Assembly: GCA_012519005.1 (NCBI GenBank)
Contig: JAAYRB010000015.1
Location: 1 to 57,062 of the forward strand
Direction: 5' to 3'
Source: Clostridia bacterium
GTDB lineage: Bacteria > Bacillota > DTU086
Length of the DNA stretch: 57,062 bases
Program-made: the position numbers and the translations under genes
The notes under the pieces: generated by a model
Told to the model about the DNA's origin: nothing
What the model saw: only the letters and a program-made list of their open reading frames with translations
The model's database searches: none
In this document: piece after piece, positions 28,801 to 40,711 of the stretch
How the letters are laid out: each line of letters starts with the position of its first letter
Numbering within the stretch: position 1 is the stretch's first letter

Positions 28801-29563
28801 ATTTGGCACCTCCAAGATCACCCAGCTCATAAAGAACAATTCCTAAGGCAATTATACCCGCAGTTTCCGTACGCAAAATCCTAGGGCCCAAGGAAACAGG
28901 TATAGCACCTGACCGCCTGGCATTATCGACTTCCTCAGGAGTAAAACCACCCTCCGGACCAATAAGAAGGGCAACCGGTCGAATAAAGTTTTTACTGCTT
29001 TCCCATTTCAATATTTCTCCAATACCGGTGGAATCCTCTCCCTCCCAAGGCATAAGACAGAGAGTATCCCGGGGAAGTCTTTCCAAGAAGTCTTGCAGGT
29101 TGGAAGGCTTTTCCACTGCCGGCACCCTTCCCCTCCTGCTTTGCTTAGCCGCTTCAAGGGCAATCCTTTGCCACCTTTTCCGGCGTTTTCGGAATCTGTC
29201 CTCTTCGGCCCGAACAACGGTCCTGTCAGTGAGCAGAGGGACAATATTGTTCACTCCTAACTCAACGGCCTTCTGTATAACAAATTCAAAATTAGCCGAT
29301 TTTCTGGACAATGCCTGGGCAAGGGAAATTTTAACACCGGGCTCTCCACCGGTTTTTTTAGCCCCGAGAATTTTTATGATTACGGTATTACTGTCTATCG
29401 AGGCAATGTCCCCCTTGTACTCATAGCCTTCCCCATCGCAAATTATAATAGATGTTCCCGGACCTAAACGCAACACTTTAATAATATGGTATGCTTCGTC
29501 ACCTATTATTTTAGCAGTGCCCCCCACGATATCCCTGGCATTTATAAAGAATCGTCTCATCAA
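28754..29563 (-). CDS. rsmE: 16S rRNA (uracil1498-N3)-methyltransferase RsmE
   Basis: PUA-like N-domain and SPOUT knot region (LLIGPEGGFTPEEV). It has a C-terminal tail about 15-20 aa longer than usual, which overlaps mtaB. Confidence 0.9.
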   Translation of the reverse strand: MMRRFFINARDIVGGTAKIIGDEAYHIIKVLRLGPGTSIIICDGEGYEYKGDIASIDSNTVIIKILGAKKTGGEPGVKISLAQALSRKSANFEFVIQKAVELGVNNIVPLLTDRTVVRAEEDRFRKRRKRWQRIALEAAKQSRRGRVPAVEKPSNLQDFLERLPRDTLCLMPWEGEDSTGIGEILKWESSKNFIRPVALLIGPEGGFTPEEVDNARRSGAIPVSLGPRILRTETAGIIALGIVLYELGDLGGAKFVKAQTKSGCTSAGL

Positions 29564-30516
29564 CCCACCAACTCTTTAGTCGTTTTTTTTCGAGCGGCCA
29601 AGGCCGTCCAACCACCCTCAAGGCGCTGCTCTATCAGCTCAAATCCAGTGGCGGCAATCTCCTCCTTGGCTTTTTCTGCCTTTTCGGCAGCTATACCAGA
29701 GGCAATTAATATTCCCTCCCCGTACAACTTTTGGTAAGCCTGGGGTGTAAATTCCACGATGGCATCTGTAGTCAAATTCGCAAGAATCAAGTGGGCCCGT
29801 TCATTTACCTCGTTCAGGAAGTTCCCTGCCTCAACCTTTATTTCATTATCCACTCCGTTTAGAAGGCAATTCCTCCTTGCAACTTTAACTGCCATAGGGT
29901 CAATATCCCGGGCAAATACAGATTTTGCGCCAAGTTTTATGGAAGCTATGGATAAGATACCAGAACCACAGCCCACATCAAATACCACCTGACCCTTTCT
30001 GAGATACTTCTCCAACAATCTCAAGCAAAGGCTCGTTGTGGGGTGAGTGCCCGTCCCAAAAGCCGCACCAGGATCCATAGTTATGACTGTTTCCCAAGAT
30101 TTAGCCGCGTAGTCCTCCCATTTAGGCCTGATCACCAGCCCCTTCCCGATCTTGATTGTTTTATAGTATTTTTTCCAGGATGAAGCCCAATCCTCTTCCT
30201 TAATTTCCCCAACAGATATATCTGCCTCATAATCTTCAAAATAATTTTCCAGCTGAGATATTTTTTTATAAAAAATATCCAGCGATTTTTCCGATTCATA
30301 ACCCTTGGGAAGATAACCCTTAATAATAACCATATCCCTATCTAATATCTCCCTGGGCGATATATCGTGGCAGTCCCATTGATCCTCGTCAATATAGCGG
30401 CAAACAGCCTTTGGATCTTCGATAACAACTCCCTTAAATCCAACATCAAAAAAAATGTTGGATGCGGCGTCCACGGCCTCGTTTTTAATTGTAAGTATAA
30501 CCTCCTGCCATTTCAT
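29560..30516 (-). CDS. prmA: Ribosomal protein L11 methyltransferase PrmA
   Basis: SAM-binding motif DVGCGSGILSIA and a conserved position downstream of dnaJ. Confidence 0.93.
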   Translation of the reverse strand: MKWQEVILTIKNEAVDAASNIFFDVGFKGVVIEDPKAVCRYIDEDQWDCHDISPREILDRDMVIIKGYLPKGYESEKSLDIFYKKISQLENYFEDYEADISVGEIKEEDWASSWKKYYKTIKIGKGLVIRPKWEDYAAKSWETVITMDPGAAFGTGTHPTTSLCLRLLEKYLRKGQVVFDVGCGSGILSIASIKLGAKSVFARDIDPMAVKVARRNCLLNGVDNEIKVEAGNFLNEVNERAHLILANLTTDAIVEFTPQAYQKLYGEGILIASGIAAEKAEKAKEEIAATGFELIEQRLEGGWTALAARKKTTKELVG

Positions 30517-30537
30517 AGCCTTTTATCTCCTTAAATT

Positions 30538-31701
<1,164 letters not shown>

Positions 31702-31738
31702 TTAATAAAATATCAATCTTCCACCATATAAAAGTCAG

Positions 31739-31768
31739 CCAACCGCCTTTACAGTCAGGGGCGGTTGG
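31739..31768 (-). other. Stem-loop in the dnaK-dnaJ spacer
   Basis: A 9-bp GC-rich stem, CCAACCGCC / GGCGGTTGG, with a 12-nt loop. On the minus strand it is followed by CTGACTTTTATAT. Confidence 0.5.
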
Positions 31769-31870
31769 TAAAACATCATCGGAGAATTTTCAATAAAATT
31801 TTATGTCTCGTTTTGTCACATGTATATGAATTACAACATTCCGTCGGTACAAACAAAGTTTACATGGCAA

Positions 31871-31896
31871 AATGGAAAAACCCGCGGCCACCGGGT
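31871..31896 (-). terminator. Weak terminator/attenuator immediately after dnaK
   Basis: Minus strand ACCCG-gtggccg-CGGGT, followed by TTTTTCCATTTT. The stem is short, so it is probably leaky. Confidence 0.45.
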
Positions 31897-31901
31897 ATTA
31901 T

Positions 31902-33731
31902 TTAGCTTTCTTCATTAACTTCATAATCGGCATCCACAACATTTTCATTGTCTTCCTTTTCATCACCTTCAGCTTGAGAAGTTTGGGCGGCCTCATCCGT
32001 GGTTTTCTGGTACATTTTCGTACTTACCTGATACAGCACCTGGGATAGGCTTTCTGTAAGCTGCTTAATCAGTTCAATATCGTCCTTCTCCAATGCATCC
32101 TGCAGTTCTTTTTTTGCCTTATTTATTTTTTCGATATCATCTTTATCAGCCTTATCTTCAAATTCCTCAATGGTTTTTTCCGCCTGATGGACTAGAGAAT
32201 CTCCCTGGTTTTTTATGTCGATGGCCTCTCTTTTCTTTTTATCCTCTTCGGCAAATTTTTCAGCATCTTCTACCATTTGCTCGATCTCCTCATCCTTCAA
32301 ACCACTAGAGGATCGAATCGTAATATCCTGCGCCTTTCCGGTGGCCTTATCCTTAGCCGTTACATGTACAATTCCGTTGGCGTCGATGTCAAAAGTTACG
32401 TCTATTTGAGGAACACCCCTGGGTGCGGGGGGAATTCCCGTAAGTTCAAATCTTCCTAAAGTTTTATTGTCTTTGGCAAACTCCCTCTCACCCTGAAGAA
32501 CATGTATATCTACGCTGGTTTGGCCATCTGCGGCAGTAGAAAACACATTGCCCTTGGAACATGGTATGGTAGTATTCCTGTCTATAATTCGTGTAAATAC
32601 ACCCCCAAGAGTCTCTATACCGAGAGAAAGGGGAGTCACATCCAGCAGCAAAACATCCTTGACCTCACCGGCCAGCACCCCCGATTGGATAGCAGCACCT
32701 AGGGCAACACATTCGTCGGGGTTTACCCCCTTATGAGGCTCCTTGCCTATAAGTTTTTTTACGGCCTCCTGCACTGCAGGAATCCTCGTGGAACCCCCAA
32801 CAAGAATAACCTTATCTATATTCTCGGGCTCCAGCCCTGCGTCGGACATTGCCTGCCGTGTGGGACCAATGGTTTTTTCAACTAATCCTTCAATCATCTT
32901 TTCAAACTGTGCCCTGGTCAATGTAAGATCAAGGTGTAAAGGACCAGCACTGGTAGCTGTTATAAAAGGCAAATTAATATTAGTTGAGGTCACTGAGGAC
33001 AATTCCTGCTTTGCCTTTTCAGCCGCCTCATTGAGACGTTGGATAGACATTTTATCTTTGGAGAGATCAACGCCATGGGCACTCTTGAACTCATTGACCA
33101 TCCAATCAACTATCACTTGGTCAAAATCATCCCCACCAAGACGGTTATTGCCGCTGGTGGCCTTAACTTCAAAAACACCATCCCCCAGTTCAAGGATGGA
33201 AACATCAAAGGTGCCTCCACCAAGATCAAGAACCAAAATTGTATGTTCATCACCCTTGTCAAGCCCATATGCTAATGCGGCCGCCGTGGGTTCATTGATT
33301 ATCCTTTTTACTTCCAAACCTGCAATTCTCCCAGCGTCCTTCGTCGCCTGGCGTTGGCTGTCGGTAAAATATGCTGGAACAGTGATTACCGCTTCACGAA
33401 TCGGTTCACCAAGATAATCTTCCGCATCTTTTTTTAGTTTTTGGAGTACCATGGCGGAGATTTCTTGGGCCGTATAATCCTTTCCATCGACATTAACGCT
33501 AAAATTGGTACCCATATGTCGTTTTACGGATAATACCGTTCTATCGGGATTAGTCACAGCCTGCCTTTTGGCCACTTCTCCAACAAGACGCTCTCCTTCC
33601 TTGGAAAAAGCTACAACCGATGAAGTAACACGGCCGCCCTCGGCATTGGGTATAATTACAGCCTCCCCGCCCTCCATCGCAGCAACGCATGAGTTAGTTG
33701 TTCCAAGGTCAATACCAATTACTTTTCCCAT
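31902..33731 (-). CDS. dnaK: Molecular chaperone DnaK (Hsp70)
   Basis: Hsp70 signatures IDLGTTNS and DLGGGTFD in a 609-aa ORF. Confidence 0.98.
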   Translation of the reverse strand: MGKVIGIDLGTTNSCVAAMEGGEAVIIPNAEGGRVTSSVVAFSKEGERLVGEVAKRQAVTNPDRTVLSVKRHMGTNFSVNVDGKDYTAQEISAMVLQKLKKDAEDYLGEPIREAVITVPAYFTDSQRQATKDAGRIAGLEVKRIINEPTAAALAYGLDKGDEHTILVLDLGGGTFDVSILELGDGVFEVKATSGNNRLGGDDFDQVIVDWMVNEFKSAHGVDLSKDKMSIQRLNEAAEKAKQELSSVTSTNINLPFITATSAGPLHLDLTLTRAQFEKMIEGLVEKTIGPTRQAMSDAGLEPENIDKVILVGGSTRIPAVQEAVKKLIGKEPHKGVNPDECVALGAAIQSGVLAGEVKDVLLLDVTPLSLGIETLGGVFTRIIDRNTTIPCSKGNVFSTAADGQTSVDIHVLQGEREFAKDNKTLGRFELTGIPPAPRGVPQIDVTFDIDANGIVHVTAKDKATGKAQDITIRSSSGLKDEEIEQMVEDAEKFAEEDKKKREAIDIKNQGDSLVHQAEKTIEEFEDKADKDDIEKINKAKKELQDALEKDDIELIKQLTESLSQVLYQVSTKMYQKTTDEAAQTSQAEGDEKEDNENVVDADYEVNEES

Positions 33732-33794
33732 AGATGCTTCCTCCTTTAAAGCTAGATTAGTATCTCTATAGGGAAATTCCCCTAAATTATAGAA

Positions 33795-34508
33795 TCAATT
33801 CTTGAAAGATACCTTGACCATGGCAGGCCTGATGACCCTGTCATTCAATATGTAACCCTTCTGAACTTCCTCTATAACTGTGTTCTCTTCACATTCACTG
33901 TTTTCAACACGCATAACTGCCTCATGCCATTTTGGATCAAACTGCTCCCCTATGGAGGGAACAGGTTTCAAACCCTCTTCCATAAGAACCTCTAACAGCT
34001 GTTTAAAGATCATTTCGATCCCAACAGCAAAGGTTTCGCCCTGACATGCATCCTGTCCGGCAGTAACAGCCCTTTCAAAATTATCAAAAACAGGCAGAAG
34101 TTTTTGAATTAGATCTGCCGCAGCGAAATGTGCGGCTTCTTCTTTTTCCTTTATGGTTCTCTTCCTGTAATTGTCAAACTCCCCCTGTATTCTTTTAGCC
34201 CTTACTATCAGCTCCGCAATCTGGGCATCCTTTATTTCCAACTGTTCATGAAGGCATTTTATCTCCGATTCTAGGTCATCCATACAGTCACGGTCAGTAT
34301 GATGCCCAGGCTCTTCACCGTTATCATTTTCTTCCTCTGGTGTCTCTTCCCCCCTAGAGCAGCAGCCCCTGTTTCCTGTTTCTTTTGGGGCTTCAGCATC
34401 GGTCGAAAAATTGTCTGCTTCCTTGGAAGGAGCAGGGAAAGGATGCTCCATATCATCCGAATTTCCCTGCCCCCGATCCAGAATATTGTCCTTCCTATCT
34501 TTAGCCAA
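33795..34508 (-). CDS. grpE: Nucleotide exchange factor GrpE (with long acidic N-terminal extension)
   Basis: The C-terminal two-thirds is GrpE-like (coiled coil plus beta domain, GYILNDRVIRPAMVKV). TTG 34508 lies 6 nt after GGGGTGG. Confidence 0.92.
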   Translation of the reverse strand: MAKDRKDNILDRGQGNSDDMEHPFPAPSKEADNFSTDAEAPKETGNRGCCSRGEETPEEENDNGEEPGHHTDRDCMDDLESEIKCLHEQLEIKDAQIAELIVRAKRIQGEFDNYRKRTIKEKEEAAHFAAADLIQKLLPVFDNFERAVTAGQDACQGETFAVGIEMIFKQLLEVLMEEGLKPVPSIGEQFDPKWHEAVMRVENSECEENTVIEEVQKGYILNDRVIRPAMVKVSFKN

Positions 34509-34520
34509 TTCATACCACCC

Positions 34521-35549
34521 CTATCCATAGTACCTTGTCAAAGCAACGGTGAGGGCCTCCGAAATAAAATCCACAATCGAAACAATCTTAGAATACTCCA
34601 TCCTAGTTGGGCCTAAAACACTTATGGGCCCGATAATTTCCTTACCCATAGAATAGGTTGCTGTAACCAAACTACAGTCGTGGACTCCTTCATAGGTGTT
34701 TTCCTCTCCGATTCGTATCTCTATTCCCTCCGGAGGAAGTTCCAATATTTCCTTGACTATCCGTTCCTCCTCCAATAAAGTCAGGAGGGAATGAAGCTTA
34801 TCAACATCCTTAAACTCCGGCTGCTTCAATATATTATGTGTGCCGCACATATAAATCTTGACTCCGGAATAACAGGAAAAAATCTCGTCTATGAGGTCAA
34901 AGATTAGATCAAGGAACTGCCTTTTGAGCCTTAGCTCCGCATATACTTCATGCAAGACGGTTTTGCTTATTGTATCTAGGGTAAACCCCTTAAATTTATT
35001 GGCCAGGACTTTAGATGCAATGAGCAGATCTTCCTTGGTCACAGTTTCTGGAATATCCAAAAATCGATGCTCTACCGTTCCGCTGTCCGTTACAACCACC
35101 AAAAGCCCACGCTGGCAGTCAATTTTCGTAAGCTCAATATATTTGATGGCACTTTTCCCAAGACGCGGACCCAAGGTGATAGCTATGCAATCTGTCATCC
35201 CAGAAAGGAGATCCCCAGTTCTTCTGATCACCTCTTCTAAATCAGAAAGTTTTCCTCTTAGCTTGTCATGAATATATTGTTGTATTTCCTCGTTGAGGCT
35301 CTTTCTCTCCATGTAATAATCTACATAGTGACGGTATCCTTTGTCTGTGGGAATCCTTCCAGCCGATGTGTAGGGTTGTTCAATCAGACCCATATCCTCC
35401 AGATCCGCCATTTCATTACGTACTGTTGCGGGGCTGATCCCAAGTTTATATTTCCTTGAAATGGTTCTGGACCCCACAGGCTCGGCAGTGGCTATATAAT
35501 CCTGGATAACTGCAAGCAGGATGTTTTGTTTTCTATCATCCATCTTCAT
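34521..35549 (-). CDS. hrcA: Heat-inducible transcription repressor HrcA
   Basis: Winged-helix N-terminus (RKQNILLAVIQDYIATAEPVGSRTI). ATG 35549 follows AAAGGGGGTGG. The ORF-track extension to 35573 reads through the CIRCE operator. Confidence 0.94.
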   Translation of the reverse strand: MKMDDRKQNILLAVIQDYIATAEPVGSRTISRKYKLGISPATVRNEMADLEDMGLIEQPYTSAGRIPTDKGYRHYVDYYMERKSLNEEIQQYIHDKLRGKLSDLEEVIRRTGDLLSGMTDCIAITLGPRLGKSAIKYIELTKIDCQRGLLVVVTDSGTVEHRFLDIPETVTKEDLLIASKVLANKFKGFTLDTISKTVLHEVYAELRLKRQFLDLIFDLIDEIFSCYSGVKIYMCGTHNILKQPEFKDVDKLHSLLTLLEEERIVKEILELPPEGIEIRIGEENTYEGVHDCSLVTATYSMGKEIIGPISVLGPTRMEYSKIVSIVDFISEALTVALTRYYG

Positions 35550-35566
35550 AACCGCCACCCCCTTTG

Positions 35567-35593
35567 TTAGCACTCATCCCGGACGAGTGCTAG
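35567..35593. promoter_or_regulatory. CIRCE operator (HrcA binding site)
   Basis: TTAGCACTC-N9-GAGTGCTAG has one mismatch to the consensus TTAGCACTC-N9-GAGTGCTAA. It lies between the promoter and the hrcA SD. Confidence 0.92.
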
Positions 35594-35605
35594 ACTGTTA
35601 AATTT

Positions 35606-35635
35606 AACATATCATTTCCGCCTATATTTTGTCAA
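35606..35635 (-). promoter_or_regulatory. Sigma-A promoter of the hrcA-grpE-dnaK-dnaJ operon
   Basis: TTGACA (35635-35630), an 18-nt spacer ending in TG, then TATGTT (35611-35606), just upstream of CIRCE. Confidence 0.6.
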
Positions 35636-35647
35636 GCAAATGAGAGG

Positions 35648-36781
35648 CTAAACAAAACTAAGAAATATCTCATTGGCTACTGCAAACGCCCTGTGGGATA
35701 ATCTTATATTTTCATTATTCTCTACCAAGAAACCCAGTTCCTTAAAATGGTTTATTTCCCTACCATAGATTATGCCCAATTCCTTGCCAAAGTTTTTTTC
35801 AAAATCGGCGGCATTTACCCCTTTAGATGTTCTTAATCCTAAAAACATAAATTCCGCCATCTCCTGCTCAAGGCTTAACTCCTCTTTTTCCGCGGAAGGC
35901 AGCCTGTCTTCATTCAAGGCCCTTAAGTAAGCATACATTTCCCAGTGGTTTACATATCTACAAGAGCCGTACAGTGATGCTGCACCTAAACCAATACCTA
36001 TATAAGGCTTCCTCAACCAGTAGCGAAGGTTGTGCTTACACTGAAATCCTGGCTTCGAAAAACTTGATATTTCATATTGTTCAAACCCATATGGTGTCAG
36101 TGCCCGATCTATGGAATCATACATCTCTCCACACAAATCCTGCCCGGGTAAGAGCAAATGGCCCTGGGACATTTTTCTGCCCCAGGGGGTATCATCTTCC
36201 AAAGTCAAACCATAGGCTGAAACATGTTTAACACCCAGTAATATAATATTTTCAAGAGTTTCCCCCCACTGATCCAGAGTTTGCCCAGGAAGTCCATAGA
36301 TGAGATCAGTGTTAATATTTTTAATTCCTGCTTTTTTGACCACCGAAACGGCGTTATTTACATGGTCAGCATCATGCATCCTACCCATTTCCCGAAGCAG
36401 TTTATTATCCATAGCCTGCACCCCTAAGGAAACCCTATTAATACCCAACTCCGCCAGCTGTTTCACGTCCGGGCCAGAAATTGTACAGGGATTTGCCTCT
36501 ATGGTAATTTCAGTATCCCTCACTAAATTAAAGTTCCTTTTTATTGCCCGCAGTATGCTTTGGATATACCTAGGACTCAACAAACTGGGGGTACCTCCAC
36601 CGATATAAATAGTTTCCACGAGGTCCCCATGAGCGGCTTTCGCCCAAAGCCTTATCTCCTTTTTTAGGGCCATAATATATTCCGCTACCCTTTTGTCATT
36701 GGGTAGCGGAAAAGAAACGTAATCACAATAATTGCATTTTTTAATACAGAATGGGATATGAACATATATACCTAAACCCAT
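35648..36781 (-). CDS. hemW: Radical SAM heme chaperone HemW (HemN-like, oxygen-independent coproporphyrinogen oxidase family)
   Basis: CxxxCxxC cluster CIKKCNYCDY near the N-terminus, an HemN C-domain, and a conserved slot between lepA and hrcA. Confidence 0.9.
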   Translation of the reverse strand: MGLGIYVHIPFCIKKCNYCDYVSFPLPNDKRVAEYIMALKKEIRLWAKAAHGDLVETIYIGGGTPSLLSPRYIQSILRAIKRNFNLVRDTEITIEANPCTISGPDVKQLAELGINRVSLGVQAMDNKLLREMGRMHDADHVNNAVSVVKKAGIKNINTDLIYGLPGQTLDQWGETLENIILLGVKHVSAYGLTLEDDTPWGRKMSQGHLLLPGQDLCGEMYDSIDRALTPYGFEQYEISSFSKPGFQCKHNLRYWLRKPYIGIGLGAASLYGSCRYVNHWEMYAYLRALNEDRLPSAEKEELSLEQEMAEFMFLGLRTSKGVNAADFEKNFGKELGIIYGREINHFKELGFLVENNENIRLSHRAFAVANEIFLSFV

Positions 36782-36806
36782 TTACATAACACTTCCATAA
36801 TTTTTT

Positions 36807-38618
36807 TCACTCATCAATACCCAGAACGGCCATGAAGGCTTCCTGGGGAATTTCCACATTACCCACCTGCTTCATACGTTTTTTGCCTCTTTTTTGCCTC
36901 TCAAGCAATTTTCTTTTACGGGTTATGTCCCCACCGTAGCATTTATCCAAAACATTTTTTCTCAAAGCCTTGACATTTTCTCTTGCGATTATCTTATTCC
37001 CTATTGCCGCCTGGATGGGTATTTCAAATAATTGTCTTGGGATTAGCTTCCTAAGCCTTTCGGTTAATATCCTACCCCGGGAATGGGCCTCATCCTCATG
37101 CACTATAAATGAAAGAGCATCCACCGGCTCACCGGCAATGAGAATATCCACCTTCACTAAATCAGCTTCCTTATATCCTTCCATTGTATAGTCAAGAGAA
37201 GCAAAACCTCGGGTTCCAGATTTAAGGAGATCAAAAAAATCATAGATTATTTCCGCCATGGGCAGATGGTAGGTGAGAACAACCCTCGTTTTCGTAATGT
37301 ACTCCATATTTAAAAATTCCCCCCTACGATCCTCCGCCAACTCCATTACCGGACCCACATAATCATTGGGCACCATAATCGTCGCTTTTACGGAGGGCTC
37401 TTCCATTTTTTCCACCTCAGTAAAAGGGGGGAGTTCAGTAGGGTTATCAATATATATTACTTCACCGTTGGTTTTGGTTACCTTATAAATAACACTGGGT
37501 GCGGTGGTAATCAAGTCCAAATCATACTCCCTTTCAAGCCTTTCCTGCATAATCTCCATATGCAGTAAGCCTAAAAAGCCGCATCTAAACCCGAAGCCCA
37601 AGGCAACGGAGTTTTCCTTTTCATAAATCAAAGAGGCATCGTTAAGCTGAAGCTTCTCTAAAGCCTCCGTTAAATTTATATAGTCACTGCTATCCGCGGG
37701 GAATAACCCGCAAAAAACCATGGGAACAGCACTTTGGTACCCGGGAAGCGGCTCCTCTGCGGACACCTGGGAATGGGTAATGGTGTCACCCACCCTAGTA
37801 TCCTGAACATTTTTTATACTAGCAGTAAGATATCCCACCTCACCGGCACGCAGTTTGTCTACATTTTCCTGGGAAGGAGTAAAAACACCCACCTCGTTAA
37901 CCTCGTAGGTCATCCCGGTAGACATCATTTTGATCTCATGGCCCTTCTCTATGATTCCTTCCTTTACCCTTATGAAAGGTATGGCACCCTTATAGCTGTC
38001 ATACATGGAATCAAAAATCAACGCCCTCAGAGGCGCAGATGGTTCACCCTTTGGGGAGGGCAAACGATGGACCACTGCTTCGAGGATATCATCCACCCCA
38101 AGACCCGTTTTCGCGGAGGCTCTAATTATTTCCCCTGGTTCTATTCCGAGAACATCCTCAATCTCTTTTTCAACCCCCTCGGGGTCAGCATTGGGAAGAT
38201 CAATCTTATTTACAACAGGTATTATTTCCAAATCATTTTCCATGGCAAGATAGACATTGGCTAGAGTCTGGGCCTCTATCCCCTGGGCCGCATCCACAAC
38301 CAGAACGGCCCCTTCACATGCCGCAAGGCTTCGGGAAACTTCGTAGGAAAAATCCACATGGCCGGGGGTGTCAATCAAATTCAAAATGTATTTTTCTCCA
38401 TTCTTAGCCAGATAGGGTATTCTCACTGCCTTCATTTTGATTGTTATTCCCCGTTCACGTTCAAGTTCCATATGATCAAGAACCTGTTCCTTTAAATCTC
38501 TTTCCTCCAAAGTCCCTGTATATTCCAAAAAACGGTCAGCCAGGGTGGACTTGCCATGATCTATATGGGCGATAATACAAAAGTTCCGTATTTTCCTTTG
38601 ATCGTAAACCTGCTTCAT
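36807..38618 (-). CDS. lepA: Translation elongation factor 4 (LepA)
   Basis: G1 [10 protein letters not shown]3 DTPGH, G4 NKID and a LepA-specific C-terminal domain. Confidence 0.97.
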   Translation of the reverse strand: MKQVYDQRKIRNFCIIAHIDHGKSTLADRFLEYTGTLEERDLKEQVLDHMELERERGITIKMKAVRIPYLAKNGEKYILNLIDTPGHVDFSYEVSRSLAACEGAVLVVDAAQGIEAQTLANVYLAMENDLEIIPVVNKIDLPNADPEGVEKEIEDVLGIEPGEIIRASAKTGLGVDDILEAVVHRLPSPKGEPSAPLRALIFDSMYDSYKGAIPFIRVKEGIIEKGHEIKMMSTGMTYEVNEVGVFTPSQENVDKLRAGEVGYLTASIKNVQDTRVGDTITHSQVSAEEPLPGYQSAVPMVFCGLFPADSSDYINLTEALEKLQLNDASLIYEKENSVALGFGFRCGFLGLLHMEIMQERLEREYDLDLITTAPSVIYKVTKTNGEVIYIDNPTELPPFTEVEKMEEPSVKATIMVPNDYVGPVMELAEDRRGEFLNMEYITKTRVVLTYHLPMAEIIYDFFDLLKSGTRGFASLDYTMEGYKEADLVKVDILIAGEPVDALSFIVHEDEAHSRGRILTERLRKLIPRQLFEIPIQAAIGNKIIARENVKALRKNVLDKCYGGDITRKRKLLERQKRGKKRMKQVGNVEIPQEAFMAVLGIDE

Positions 38619-38680
38619 TCATGTTCCCCCTGACTCTTGTTATATATTTTGTTAATTATAGCATTGAAAAGCAAAAGCTA

Positions 38681-40252
38681 TCAAGCAACCCCGTTGTTAC
38701 GCCTAAAACGTCGGGATAAAATGTTCCAAACGAGAACCCCCTCCTCGATTTTAAACAAAATTGACATAATCCCATAAATTAAGGAGCCCAGGAGAACTGA
38801 GAAACCCACTTGGACAAATTGGCTAAATTTTCGGGATATGTCCAACACGCCTTCAATGTAACTAGCAGAGTAATAGGCGGCAAATCCCATAACTATTGAT
38901 GCAATAAAAATACGGAAGAAAGACATCAAGAAAGCCCGCCCATTGATATGTCCAATTTTCTTTCGTAGATAATACAACAGAATCAACATATTGAAGATTC
39001 CGGCAATGGAATATGCAAGGGCTAAACCCCCGTGGGCCAGATATCTGATCAGTACAAGATTCAAAACTAGGTTCAAAGCAATGGTCATCACGCCAACTTT
39101 AACGGGTGTAATGGTATCTTGAACCGCATAAAAAGTGCGATTTAAAACCTGCTGTGCGGAATATCCAAATAGGCCGATACTGTAAAATAATAGAGCATGG
39201 GCGGTGGCAAGAGTTGCTTCGTGGGTGAATTTTCCCTGCTCAAAAAGGAGGCGTACAATGGGAACCCTTAGGGCAATCAGACCCACCGCGGCGGGAAATG
39301 TCAGGAAAATTACGGATCTCACACCCAAGGCCATGGTCTTCTTGAATTGAGTCATATCATCACGGGCCGCATGCTCGGTCAAAGTGGGAAAAACAGCTAC
39401 AGCCACAGAAACAGCAAAAATCCCTATTGGAAGCTGCATTATTCTTTGGCCTGTCCTCAGAGCCGCCACAATCCCGTGGGGCAGCGTAGATGCTAAATTT
39501 TGATTAACAAATAAATTCAACTGTGTAACTGACAGCCCTATAAGCACCGGGAGCATGAGTTTAAATATTTGTCTAACCCCAGGGTGGGAAATATTAAAGC
39601 TTAACCTATATTTTAATCCAAGGCTGATAAGTTTTGGAAACTGAACTAAAAAATTGGCCATTGCACCAACTACCACACCTATGGAAAAACCCGCGATTCC
39701 GAAATATCTAGAAAGAACCCAGCCCGCGGCCACGATGCTTAAATTGTACAAAACAGAACCCAGCGCTGGCATCAGGAAATGCTTATAGGAATTTAAAATC
39801 CCCATGGATATACCACTCAAGCCCATAAATAATGCCTGAATAAACATAATACGGGTGAGCTTTACGGTCAACCCCATGGTTTCTTCAGTAAAACCAGGTA
39901 CTAACAACTTTATGAGGCTGGGGGTAAAGATCATCCCAAAGGTAATTCCCAGAAGCATCAACGTAATAACCAAATTAAATATTATACTGGCAACTTCAAA
40001 GGCTTCCTCTTCCCTGTCCTTAGCTAGATAGCTGGAAAATACCGGTATAAAGGCAGAGCTAAGCGCACCGCCCACCAAGAGCATATACAAAAAATCCGGA
40101 ATTGAAAATGCCGCATTGTAAGCGTCCGTAAGTTGGTTTTGCCCAAATTCGTAATATATAACAACATCCCGTATATAACCCAAAATCCGGGAAACAACCA
40201 TGGCAACCATAATTACACCTGCTGCCCTTGCAACCCCATTTTTACCCGCCAC
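38681..40252 (-). CDS. murJ: Lipid II flippase MurJ (MviN family)
   Basis: A 523-aa polytopic MOP-superfamily protein. The N-terminal motif SRILGYIRDVVIYYEFGQNQLTDAYNAAFSIPDFLY is typical of MurJ. Confidence 0.88.
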   Translation of the reverse strand: MAGKNGVARAAGVIMVAMVVSRILGYIRDVVIYYEFGQNQLTDAYNAAFSIPDFLYMLLVGGALSSAFIPVFSSYLAKDREEEAFEVASIIFNLVITLMLLGITFGMIFTPSLIKLLVPGFTEETMGLTVKLTRIMFIQALFMGLSGISMGILNSYKHFLMPALGSVLYNLSIVAAGWVLSRYFGIAGFSIGVVVGAMANFLVQFPKLISLGLKYRLSFNISHPGVRQIFKLMLPVLIGLSVTQLNLFVNQNLASTLPHGIVAALRTGQRIMQLPIGIFAVSVAVAVFPTLTEHAARDDMTQFKKTMALGVRSVIFLTFPAAVGLIALRVPIVRLLFEQGKFTHEATLATAHALLFYSIGLFGYSAQQVLNRTFYAVQDTITPVKVGVMTIALNLVLNLVLIRYLAHGGLALAYSIAGIFNMLILLYYLRKKIGHINGRAFLMSFFRIFIASIVMGFAAYYSASYIEGVLDISRKFSQFVQVGFSVLLGSLIYGIMSILFKIEEGVLVWNILSRRFRRNNGVA

Positions 40253-40325
40253 GGGAAAAACTCCTTTCGCAGTTTAGGCAACAAAACACTGTATACTTTC
40301 TCAAAAAAAAGAGAAAAACCTTTAT

Positions 40326-40628
40326 TTAGCTGCCCGCACTGCTTATAGAATGAAATATTTTTAACAATAAAATACGAAACCGGGCACTAAAATTATCGCA
40401 CATTTGAAAAAAATATTCTTTGAAATATTCCAATCTTCCATGGTGGGGAATTCCAATAACAATTGCCTGATTTAAAAACACCATTTTAATTGAATTTTCA
40501 TTCAATTTTACCTCTAAAAATTTTGCTATAGGATATCCTATCATTTGATTGATGCCCTGGGCTGTAATCTGTAGGGCGGCTATAAATACGATCAATAATA
40601 TTATGTAAAACATACATTTTCTTTTCAT
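40326..40628 (-). CDS. Hypothetical small protein with N-terminal TM/signal anchor (YqxA/DUF3679-like by position)
   Basis: ATG 40628 lies 6 nt after GAGGT. It has an N-terminal hydrophobic helix and sits downstream of spoIIP, where Bacillus has yqxA. I cannot verify family membership. Confidence 0.5.
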   Translation of the reverse strand: MKRKCMFYIILLIVFIAALQITAQGINQMIGYPIAKFLEVKLNENSIKMVFLNQAIVIGIPHHGRLEYFKEYFFQMCDNFSARFRILLLKIFHSISSAGS

Positions 40629-40647
40629 ATAACTACCTCGCTGCAGT

Positions 40648-40699
40648 GGATATTGATTTTATATTTTCACATTTTCCTCACTGGGTTATATCAATATCC
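40648..40699. repeat. Inverted repeat GGATATTGAT ... ATCAATATCC (10-bp perfect arms, 32-nt spacer)
   Basis: Read directly in the spoIIP / yqxA-like spacer. No U-tract follows on either strand. Confidence 0.85.
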
Positions 40700-40711
40700 G
40701 TCATTTATTAT

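Noticed and set aside
35550-35573. An upstream extension of hrcA (MLTKGVAV).
   Set aside because: These codons are read from the CIRCE operator itself, and the SD lies downstream of them.
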